Positions 31,801 to 38,613 of a stretch of DNA of 64,000 nucleotides are shown here, in pieces. Source of the stretch: Nannocystis bainbridge (GTDB lineage: Bacteria; Myxococcota_A; Polyangia; Nannocystales; Nannocystaceae); NCBI RefSeq assembly GCF_028368995.1, contig NZ_JAQNDL010000002.1, positions 1,312,001-1,376,000 of the forward strand, in the 5' to 3' direction. Every line of letters begins with the position of its first letter. Positions within the stretch are counted from its first letter, which is position 1. The notes below the pieces were generated by a model, which was given only the letters and a program-made list of their open reading frames with translations, did not search any database and was not told the DNA's origin. A program made the translations under genes and the position numbers.

Positions 31801-32702
31801 ACGGGCATGTCGGAAGGAGCATGTCCTTCGAGACCTGCGCCCACGGGCATGTCGGAAGAGACAGGCGCGCCCGCGGCATCGCGCTGCTTGCCGCGGCGCG
31901 GGCGCTTCTGGCCGCGGAGCCGGCGCACGAGGTCCTCGACGCGGACGCGGCGCTGCTCGTCGGCGAACAGGTCGTAGCCGGGGATGGTCATGGCCGCGGG
32001 CAGGCGGGCGCGCAGCCAGCGAGAGGCGACCCAGGCGACGAAGCGGACCAGGGCCCGGCGCGCGGGGCCGGTCGGGCCCGGGTCGATCTCGAGGCGGGCC
32101 TGGCCGAACAGCAGGCGCACGGCGAGGATCGGCAGGGCGAGGCCGAGGACCCGCACCAGGGCGGGCCGGCTGAGGGCGACCTCGGCCCGATCGCCGCGCA
32201 ACTCGGCGACGAGGCGGGCGTCAGGAGGCAGCCAGACGGCGGCGCCGGCGGGGCCGTGGAACACCCGGCGAGCGCCGGTGCTCGGGTCGGCAGGCAGGTT
32301 CTGCGCCAGGTGGTCGAGGAGGCTGCGGCCGGGCTGCCAGCCGAGGCCGCGGCGGAGGGCGATGCGCATGGCGACGCCAGCGGCAGCGAACAGGAACGGG
32401 CCGATGGCGTCGGCCTCGGCGGTGACTGTCCCGAAGACCAGGTCGAGCCGGGTCCGCCGCAGCTCGACGGTGGGCAGGTCGGGCAGGCGGGCGAGCAGGG
32501 CGCTGCCAGGGTCGAGCTCGAGGGCCTCGGCGTCGAGCGCGAGGCGCAGCGGAGCGGCCAGCGCGAGCTCGAGGTCGAGGGGCCCGACGAGCGGGAGGTT
32601 GATCCGGCCGAGGGCCTCGCGCGGGACGTCGGTCGCGGCGGCGGCACGCGGACCGTCATGCGGTCGGCGATACCCGGGGACCTGATCGTCGAGGCCTGCC
32701 AT
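28812..32702 (-). CDS. Large hypothetical protein with about 10 tandem ~105-aa beta-rich repeats
   Basis: Long ORF with GC3-type codon bias; recurrent P-x-G + amphipathic helix ends (PTGPARRALV, PLGPLMRALL, ALGEFGDLAL, PLGDYLSQLV, PSGPLVHEIL, PAGELSQQLL, GLGQLENALV). Start uncertain (ORF extends to 32783). Confidence 0.75.
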   Translation of the reverse strand: MAGLDDQVPGYRRPHDGPRAAAATDVPREALGRINLPLVGPLDLELALAAPLRLALDAEALELDPGSALLARLPDLPTVELRRTRLDLVFGTVTAEADAIGPFLFAAAGVAMRIALRRGLGWQPGRSLLDHLAQNLPADPSTGARRVFHGPAGAAVWLPPDARLVAELRGDRAEVALSRPALVRVLGLALPILAVRLLFGQARLEIDPGPTGPARRALVRFVAWVASRWLRARLPAAMTIPGYDLFADEQRRVRVEDLVRRLRGQKRPRRGKQRDAAGAPVSSDMPVGAGLEGHAPSDMPVGTGPNGHAPTDMSATPAAPVGLRARLADIIPGQLHAGQPPSGARVLARIPLGARGELALLGDRELLLTRAAGGFRFEAPGGLAVHADELPELAELRLVRAVLVGAPSAVAGVEPRVRLEIQTDPPLGPLMRALLRRVVDARVLPRLSPALLGRLGLFDERDAEELQILDQPFNPRTGVRLTTDPDGEVHVRHGEGALVVEAPAGLRLRFRGLSVLPDIDLHRIEYRWHDGSVVTEASPALGEFGDLALAQLIRVRAAPVLPDILGVRRDGGPQQGLEALPSALLASTRVPVVGPLDVRFDPDDTLAVRLAPAELGFTSARGLAVVAPELGLVLRLAALDHDIATTSLRAASEPPLGDYLSQLVARCVEQFGLTRLRPHLPLAPPQLPEETWLLAQVPRDSSKRVRVRLELPPGAGLRLERRPDALELRAEAPLQLVAEGTDLLADVALEGLRYRPGAAAIELVSQPPSGPLVHEILRRLFARFVPDKRLADILDRLALPAAAPIPPPLPAAPGVVVWEQTVGALGAVRVSADAARTVDLSLGRGGAHIAFGKGATVRILGLGLTLTVRTIDLTFLPWTLVIDASPPAGELSQQLLSHAMRTLFAAFMRHFWPSDRSPRAGHDTLLALGADKPWGPLKICVARGGSIDLHLDKDGVSLRSAAGLFVTDGSLDWLPDFYLHDLSLRAGDAAVKLAISGIAEEHYHEAAAVSPVTEAVLSHLYKVLAAPRLPPVWAQRLGLPRPPMPPAPPEDATRIAVFAARLPGDHGEFALLMDPADSVTLTANEVEVTLESERGLSARMPGLRLAIQLRGARYHLQSGEVQVGGLGQLENALVEAIIRRQIGDVGDPSASGVRGLLDRFPVDDRGRLVLFHHHLVDILLLPGTRVRLRLDDGGLRIGADPALLVDGPARLNFLICGLHYNFGDARFSIDFEGDTVVADMFEKIIDARAEKKLNDTLLPLLPAAMRTPGYRLSTDPQVRGNIAALLRSFTRRHRTA
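31752..31863. repeat. In-frame array of 8 14-bp units inside the large repeat-protein gene
   Basis: Units at 31752, 31766, 31780, 31794, 31808, 31822, 31836 and 31850; encodes SDMPVGAGLEGHAP-SDMPVGTGPNGHAP-TDMS. Confidence 0.88.
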
Positions 32703-32819
32703 GCCCTCGGGTGTATCGGATCTGGCAGAGGTTGGGCAGGTGAGGCGGGCGATCGGCAGGCTAAGCCCCGCGGATCGATACACTCGGAATACGTCGAAGC
32801 GGGGCCGCGGCGAGCGCGC

Positions 32820-33401
32820 TCAATCGCTCGTGACGCGGCGGAAAGGGGCCGCAGGAGCCCGTTCGTGAGGGACGGCGATCGGCGTCAGGGTGGCCTCGAC
32901 GAGCATTCGCAGCGCCCGCTGCTGTCGACGCAGGCTGCTGCGATCGGCGGCGAGGAGGCCGACGACGATGAGAAACGGGACCAACAAGGTGGCGGCGACG
33001 ACAGGTCCCGCGATCGCGAGCTGAAAGCCAGCCATCGCCAGGCCGAGGGCGATGATGAACGCGAAGGCGGTGCGCGTGAGCGGGTGGAGGCGGAAGCGGA
33101 CGACGACGTGGGCGCCGCCGTCTCGCGGGCCGACGACGACCTCGCAGATGGCCCGCGTGCCGGGCCGCCAGGCGCCAGGATCGGCGGTGAGGTAGAAGCC
33201 GTGCGGGCTGCGCTCGAGCGCGAAGCCGGGGTCCTCGCCGTGGCCGGTGTGGGCCTGCAGACGGGCGACCTCCGGCGCGGCGAGGAATTGACGCTCGACG
33301 TCGGCCGGGTCGGCGGTGACGGTGAACTCGAGCGCCGCGGGCACGCGAGCCAGAGCGCCGGGGCGGCGCGTGACGGGCTCGGGCGAGGACGGAGACGACA
33401 T
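32820..33401 (-). CDS. Hypothetical membrane protein
   Basis: 193 aa with two C-terminal hydrophobic segments. Confidence 0.65.
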   Translation of the reverse strand: MSSPSSPEPVTRRPGALARVPAALEFTVTADPADVERQFLAAPEVARLQAHTGHGEDPGFALERSPHGFYLTADPGAWRPGTRAICEVVVGPRDGGAHVVVRFRLHPLTRTAFAFIIALGLAMAGFQLAIAGPVVAATLLVPFLIVVGLLAADRSSLRRQQRALRMLVEATLTPIAVPHERAPAAPFRRVTSD

Positions 33402-33425
33402 CGCCGGCCGGACCGCGCGGGCGAC

Positions 33426-33803
33426 CTAGCCCTTGGGCAAGGACTTCTTGACCAGGTCGCTGGCGACCACGGCGAGCTTGCCCGCGGCCTCGGCGACGGC
33501 GGCGGAGGTGCCCACGGCGCGCACGAGGGTCGAGAGGCCAGAGATCGCGCGGCGCAGGTCTTCGAGCTCGGGGCGCGACAGCGGCAGCAGCTCGACGACG
33601 ACGAGGCTGACGCGCTGATGCTCGTCGCGCAGGACGCTGATGCGCTCGTCGAGGCCGCGGATCTGGTCGTTGATGGCGCTCCAGCGGGAGGGCTGTTCGT
33701 ACGGATCGACCTGGTCGAGCCGCTGACGCATGCGCTCGCTGGCCTCGGTCAGCCGCGCGAGCGCCTGCGACAGGTCTTCGAGGAGTTCGTGTTTGTTGCT
33801 CAT
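33426..33803 (-). CDS. Small helical / coiled-coil hypothetical protein
   Basis: MSNKHELLEDLSQ...; heptad-like pattern; coding-like codon bias. Confidence 0.65.
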   Translation of the reverse strand: MSNKHELLEDLSQALARLTEASERMRQRLDQVDPYEQPSRWSAINDQIRGLDERISVLRDEHQRVSLVVVELLPLSRPELEDLRRAISGLSTLVRAVGTSAAVAEAAGKLAVVASDLVKKSLPKG

Positions 33804-34031
33804 GCCGGGTTCGGGGGCGAGAGGGCCGGGAACAGGCTCGGCGGGCCGCGCCGCGGCGGTGCGTCCGCCGGGACGGGCCGGCCGCGCGGGCCGCTTGCGC
33901 TGCCGTCTGTCCGCCACCCCGAAACACTACGCAACTCGCCAGGGCGGCGCCAGGTGGGCCGTGCGGCGCGATCGCGACGCGCGCGCGACTTGGGGTTCAC
34001 GAGGCGCGGAGGCGACGCGGGTGCGGCGACG

Positions 34032-34784
34032 TCACGGCGGGGCGGGGGCCGGCTCGGCAGGGTTGCTCGGATCGCGGTGAGACGGGTTCGGGCGCCGGTC
34101 GTCGGGCACGCGCGTGGGCGGGGTCGGCTCGCCCGGCTCGCCCGCGCCGGGATCGGCGAGGCCGCCCGGACCCGTGACGCCGTTCCCGCTGCCGCTGCTG
34201 CCGCTGCTGCCGCCGCCGCCCGCGCTGGCCGTGGCCGCGCCGACGGTGGCGCGCACCTGTTCGAGCCCGGCGTCGACCTGCTGGCCGACGATGACGCCGT
34301 ACTCGACGTAAAACCGCGCGCCCTCGAGGAAGCGCGGCGGGCTGGCGAGCACGAGCAGCTGCTGGACGAAGCGCTGCAGCGCGGCGCGATCGATGGTGAG
34401 CGCGTGGGTGCGCGCGAGCACCGACTCTTCCCACTCGTACGAGCGATCCTGCACGGCGGCGGCGGCGGTGCTGGCGGCCACCAGGGCGTCGTAGAGCGCG
34501 AGCTGGCGGGTGCGCTCGGGGTCGCTGGCGATCTTCCAGAAGTGGATCGTGCGGGCGTTGAACTGGCCCTGCTCGGCGATCTGCTGCTGGCGCACGACCA
34601 GGTTGCGCTGGCGCAGCTGGGCCACGGCGGCGCGCGCGGCCGCGAACTCGGCGGTCTCCCGCTCGAGCCGCCCGCCGGCCTCGGCCAGCACCGCGGCCTG
34701 GGCCCGCATCTCACGCGCGGCGCAGCCTGGCGCGAGGGACAGGGCGAACAGGACAGGCGCAAAAGCCCATGTGCGAAGGGACAT
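34032..34784 (-). CDS. Putative lipoprotein (coiled-coil body, Gly/Pro tail)
   Basis: Signal MSLRTWAFAPVLFALSLAPGC; alternative in-frame ATG at 34847. Confidence 0.65.
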   Translation of the reverse strand: MSLRTWAFAPVLFALSLAPGCAAREMRAQAAVLAEAGGRLERETAEFAAARAAVAQLRQRNLVVRQQQIAEQGQFNARTIHFWKIASDPERTRQLALYDALVAASTAAAAVQDRSYEWEESVLARTHALTIDRAALQRFVQQLLVLASPPRFLEGARFYVEYGVIVGQQVDAGLEQVRATVGAATASAGGGGSSGSSGSGNGVTGPGGLADPGAGEPGEPTPPTRVPDDRRPNPSHRDPSNPAEPAPAPP

Positions 34785-34846
34785 GGCGGTCAGGCCAGGC
34801 GACATGGCGCCGGGGACATGTCTGAAGATCCATGTGCGAAGGGACA
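34728..34846. repeat. Array of about 8 14-bp units overlapping the lipoprotein start and signal peptide
   Basis: TGGCGcgagGGACA, GGGCGaacaGGACA, GGCGCaaaaGCCCA, TGTGCgaagGGACA, TGGCGgtcaGGCCA, a 7-bp offset, TGGCGccggGGACA, TGTCTgaagATCCA, TGTGCgaagGGACA. Confidence 0.8.
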
Positions 34847-34852
34847 TGGCGA

Positions 34853-37138
34853 TCACGGGGCGAGCACGGCGCCGGTGAGCACGCCGAAGCCGACGGTGGA
34901 GACGATGAGCTGGGCCAGGGCCTCGGGGGCCATGCCGCCCTTCGTGAACTTGACGAGCTCGGTGACGCCGGCGGCCAGGTAGACCTGGCGCAGGGCCATG
35001 GCGGCGCGCGAACGCACGATGCTGGCGTCGTGGCGCACGCCGAGGTCGAGCGCGTCGGCCCGCTTCTGGTCGGCGCGCCCGAGGGTCCAGGCGTTGCCGA
35101 AGGCGACCAGCGCCCTGGTGAGCTCGTCGCGGCACTTGCCGGCCTCGTAGGCCGACATGAGCGCCTGGGCGGAGCAGCCGGCGCGCTCGAGCTTGCCGAG
35201 GCTGGCCTGGGCCTCCATCAGCAGGACGGCCTCGTCGAGCTGGGCGACCAGCTTGGCCCGCGCGAGCCGCAGGCGACGCTCGCCGTGGCCGACGGCGGCG
35301 ACGAGGGCGTCGTGCTCGACCCGCAAGGTCTCGCGGATCAGCGCCAGCACCGCGAGCTCGAGGGTGTCGACGGCCTGCTGCAGGCGGTCGATGCCGGCGA
35401 TGGTGGTGTGGACGACGCGGGCGAACCGCGGGGCGCCGGCCAGCGCCTTGGCGGCGGCGGGATCGGGGTCGGCGGCGGCCTTGCGGCTGGCCTCGAGCTG
35501 ACGCGCGGCGATCAGCGCGTCGACGGCGGCGAGCTGCTCGGCGAGCTGATACCAGCGCCCGAGCTCGGCCAGCGGCCGCAGATCGTAGGCGGTGAGGATC
35601 GCGGGGACCGGGACCTGGGCGAGGTCGGCGAACCGATCCTGCAAGACGGTCTCGTCGCAGACCTCGCGGCCGGTGGGGGTGAAGACCGGCGCGGCGGTCG
35701 GCGCGGGCTTGGTGGTGGCGGGGGTGAGGCCCGGGACGGCGGTGCCGGCGGGGCTCGGGGCGGCGCTCGGCGTGGGGGTGGAGGCGGTCGGATCGCCCTC
35801 CGGGGGGGCCGCGACGGGGGCTGCGGGGGCTGGGGCGAGCGCGGGGCGGAGGGGGGCGCTCAGGCCGGCGCCGAGGAACACGGGAGGGGCTGTCTGGATA
35901 GACAGGTCCAATCGGGCAGGTGCGAAGGGACCTGTACCCGAGGACATGACCGCCGCGACAGGCTCGAAAGGACCTGTACCCGAGGACATGGCCGCCGCGA
36001 CAGGCTCGAAAGGACCTGTACCCGAGGACATGGCCGCAGTGACAGGTGCGGAGAGACTCGCGGGCGAGCGCGCGGCGGTCGAGGCGGGGCGCGGCTGGCT
36101 CGCGGGCTCGGGCGTGGACGCTGCGGGGGTGGCCGGCGCGGGCGAGGACGGCGGCGTGCCGGGCTGGTCCGTCGCGGGCTGGGTCCGGGTCGCGGGGCGC
36201 GGGGTCGGGGTCAGCGCCTTGCCCTTGCTCGGCTGTTCGAGCGCGCTGCAGGGCTGCTTGGCGGCGGCGTAGGCGGACAGGCGGCGCGACAGCTCGGTGT
36301 GGTGCTGTTGCAGCGCGTCGTGGACCGCGAGCAGCTGATCGAGCTGCGATCCGAGCTCGCTCGGGCCGCAGGTGGGGCCGCTGCAGACCACCCGCTCGCG
36401 CAGGGCCGCGAGGTTGTCACGGCGGTCCATGCACAGCCGGCGCTGACGGTCGACGCTGGCCTGAAGGACAGGTGAGGCGTCGGGCCGCAGGAACGCGGGG
36501 CAGCCGGGGCCGGCCGCGTCGGCGTCGCCGAGCTTGAGGGCGCGCGCGGCCATCTGGTGCTCGTTGACGGCGCGGGCCAGGCGACTCTCGCCGCTGTCGG
36601 GGCCCCGCCAGTGGCGCTGCAGGGTCCGCAGCTCGCGCAGGAGGTCGGCGCCCGGATCGGGGCCAGGGACGGGCGGCGGCTTGCCCTTGCCGACGACCGG
36701 CGCGGGCGCATCGCCGAGCGGAAAGGCGTGGCCGACGAGGGCGTGCAGGCGGGTCGAGATCTTGCTGCAGAGGGTGGTCCAGCCGTCACCCTTGAAGCGC
36801 GCGCGGCAGCGCGTGAAGTAGAGGACCTGGACCTCCGGGTCGGCCTCGCCCCGGGCGCCGAGGACGTCGAGGAGATCGCGGTCGCGGCCGACCTCGGCCC
36901 AGGCCTGGGCCGCAGCGACCTCGTCCTTCAGCATCGCCTGCGACTGGCCCAGCTCCTCGGTGAAGCCGTCGACCAGGCGCGCAGCCTTGAGCTCGCCGTC
37001 GGCCCCCTCGGCCGAGGCCGCGTCGCGCGGACGATGAAGGTGGAGCCCGCAGCCGAGGGCCGCGGCGAAGAGGAGCGGGACGAACCGAAGCCGAGCGGGC
37101 ACGGAGGCTCCGAGCACTGTGGCACGGGCCCGCCGCAC
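34853..37138 (-). CDS. Putative lipoprotein with helical domains and a long Pro/Ala/Thr linker
   Basis: Lipobox ALGC; hydrophobic C-terminal helix; start may be GTG 37102. Confidence 0.7.
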   Translation of the reverse strand: MRRARATVLGASVPARLRFVPLLFAAALGCGLHLHRPRDAASAEGADGELKAARLVDGFTEELGQSQAMLKDEVAAAQAWAEVGRDRDLLDVLGARGEADPEVQVLYFTRCRARFKGDGWTTLCSKISTRLHALVGHAFPLGDAPAPVVGKGKPPPVPGPDPGADLLRELRTLQRHWRGPDSGESRLARAVNEHQMAARALKLGDADAAGPGCPAFLRPDASPVLQASVDRQRRLCMDRRDNLAALRERVVCSGPTCGPSELGSQLDQLLAVHDALQQHHTELSRRLSAYAAAKQPCSALEQPSKGKALTPTPRPATRTQPATDQPGTPPSSPAPATPAASTPEPASQPRPASTAARSPASLSAPVTAAMSSGTGPFEPVAAAMSSGTGPFEPVAAVMSSGTGPFAPARLDLSIQTAPPVFLGAGLSAPLRPALAPAPAAPVAAPPEGDPTASTPTPSAAPSPAGTAVPGLTPATTKPAPTAAPVFTPTGREVCDETVLQDRFADLAQVPVPAILTAYDLRPLAELGRWYQLAEQLAAVDALIAARQLEASRKAAADPDPAAAKALAGAPRFARVVHTTIAGIDRLQQAVDTLELAVLALIRETLRVEHDALVAAVGHGERRLRLARAKLVAQLDEAVLLMEAQASLGKLERAGCSAQALMSAYEAGKCRDELTRALVAFGNAWTLGRADQKRADALDLGVRHDASIVRSRAAMALRQVYLAAGVTELVKFTKGGMAPEALAQLIVSTVGFGVLTGAVLAP
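35891..36058. repeat. In-frame array of 12 14-bp units (42-bp higher-order repeat x3) inside the lipoprotein gene
   Basis: (TGTACccgaGGACA TG(A/G)CCgccgCGACA GGCTCgaaaGGACC)n; encodes (AAMSSGTGPFEPVA) x3. Confidence 0.9.
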
Positions 37139-37185
37139 AAGCCAGCGCCCCGCGCCGCGGGCAGTCGGGTAGGATCGCGCGGACC

Positions 37186-38340
37186 ATGGCGCCGCACCCG
37201 GAAGCAGGTCGCGCCCCCGCGGGCCCGACCGACGCGCTGCGGCGGCTGCACGACCGCCACGCGGAGCGGCTGCGCACCGCGGCGCGCTGGCTCGGGATCG
37301 ACGATCACGAGCGCGACGCGGCGGTGGCGGGCTGCTTCCGCAGCGCGGCGGCGGCTGTCCCGGAGGACAGCGCGACCGGCTGGGCGACGCTCGTGCGCGC
37401 GCTGGGGCGGGCGCGACCGTCCGACGTGCCGCCGGAGCCGCGCGCGACCGGGGAGGCGGCGCTGCTGGGGTTCCTCGGCCGCCGCACCGCCGACGAGCGG
37501 GCCGTGTTCGCGCTGGCCGAGCTGGGGGGCTTCGACGCGATCCAGCTGGCGCAGGCGATCGGGGCCCCGCCGGCCGCGGGTCAGGCGCTCATCGTCGGCC
37601 TGCGGCGGGCGTTCGCGGCCGATCCCGCGGTCGCGGCCGCGGGCGGTCCGGCGTCGGTGCTGGCCGAGTCGGTGGTGGTCGACCGCGCGCCGCCGGGCTG
37701 GCGGGCGTCGGCGCTGGCTGAACTTCTGGGCATGTCCGAAGAGACAGGCGAGCCGGGGATCCCGCGGGCGGCGGCGGTCGCGGTGGCGATCCTGGCGATC
37801 GCGGTGCTGGTGGCCCTGCGCCCGCGCGCGCCGGTGCCCGCGCCCGAGCCGTCGCTGGCGTCGGTCGAGGCGGCGGCGAGCGAGCGACCGCCGCTGCACG
37901 AGACGGCGGTGCCGACGCCGGCGCCGGCGATCGCGGCGCCGCCGGTCGTGGGTGAACCAAAGGACATGGCCAAAGGCGCAGGTTCGAAGCGCCCGGTGGT
38001 GGTGCGCAAGAAGGGCGGGCGGGCGCCGAGCGCCGCGGCGAAGCAGACGCAGGCCCAGCGCGACGCGGAGGCGGCGGCCAACGACCCCGGCAACGTGATC
38101 GTCGAGCTCGAGATGCTCGGGGCGGCCCAAAAGGCGCTGAAGGGCTCGCCGGGGCAGGCGCTGGCGTACGCCGACCAACACGCGCGCGACTACCCGAACA
38201 GCCAGATGGTCGAGCTCCGCGCGGTCGTCCGCGTGCGTGCGCTGTGCGCCCTCGGCCGGGCCGACGAGGCCCGCGCGGAGGCGCAGCGCCGGCCGTGGTC
38301 GAAGGTGCAAACGGCGCTGCGCGAGGGCTGCGGGGGATGA
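37186..38340 (+). CDS. Degenerate ECF sigma-like domain fused to an anti-sigma-like TM / C-terminal helical domain
   Basis: sigma2-like LRRLHDRHAERLRTAARWLG; sigma4-like ERAVFALAELGGFDAIQLAQAIG; TM segment; C-terminal ELEML..AQKAL...HARDYP.S.M..LR..RVRALCALGR. Confidence 0.55.
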   Translation: MAPHPEAGRAPAGPTDALRRLHDRHAERLRTAARWLGIDDHERDAAVAGCFRSAAAAVPEDSATGWATLVRALGRARPSDVPPEPRATGEAALLGFLGRRTADERAVFALAELGGFDAIQLAQAIGAPPAAGQALIVGLRRAFAADPAVAAAGGPASVLAESVVVDRAPPGWRASALAELLGMSEETGEPGIPRAAAVAVAILAIAVLVALRPRAPVPAPEPSLASVEAAASERPPLHETAVPTPAPAIAAPPVVGEPKDMAKGAGSKRPVVVRKKGGRAPSAAAKQTQAQRDAEAAANDPGNVIVELEMLGAAQKALKGSPGQALAYADQHARDYPNSQMVELRAVVRVRALCALGRADEARAEAQRRPWSKVQTALREGCGG

Positions 38341-38529
38341 GGCGCACGCGGAGGCGCGGCGTGGCGCCCGGCGTCGCGGGCCTGGGCTCGCGGGTGCGGG
38401 CATCCGCGGCGGATCCGCGGGCTCGCGCGAGATGTCCTGGCGATGCTGGCCGAAGCGCCCGACGACCCCGCGCGGCTGACGGCCCGCGCCGAGTCGCTGG
38501 GGTCGGGTCGCTGAACAGCCCCGCGCGCC

Positions 38530-38613
38530 GGGTGTCCGCGACATGTGCTTCAGGACATGCTCGTTCGGGCATGCTCTTCGGGACATGACCGATTGGGCAT
38601 GCCCTCGAGGTCA
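38530..38613. repeat. Array of 6 in-register 14-bp units
   Basis: GGGTGtccgCGACA, TGTGCttcaGGACA, TGCTCgttcGGGCA, TGCTCttcgGGACA, TGACCgattGGGCA, TGCCCtcgaGGTCA (the last TCA is the stop of the GH13 gene). Confidence 0.87.
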
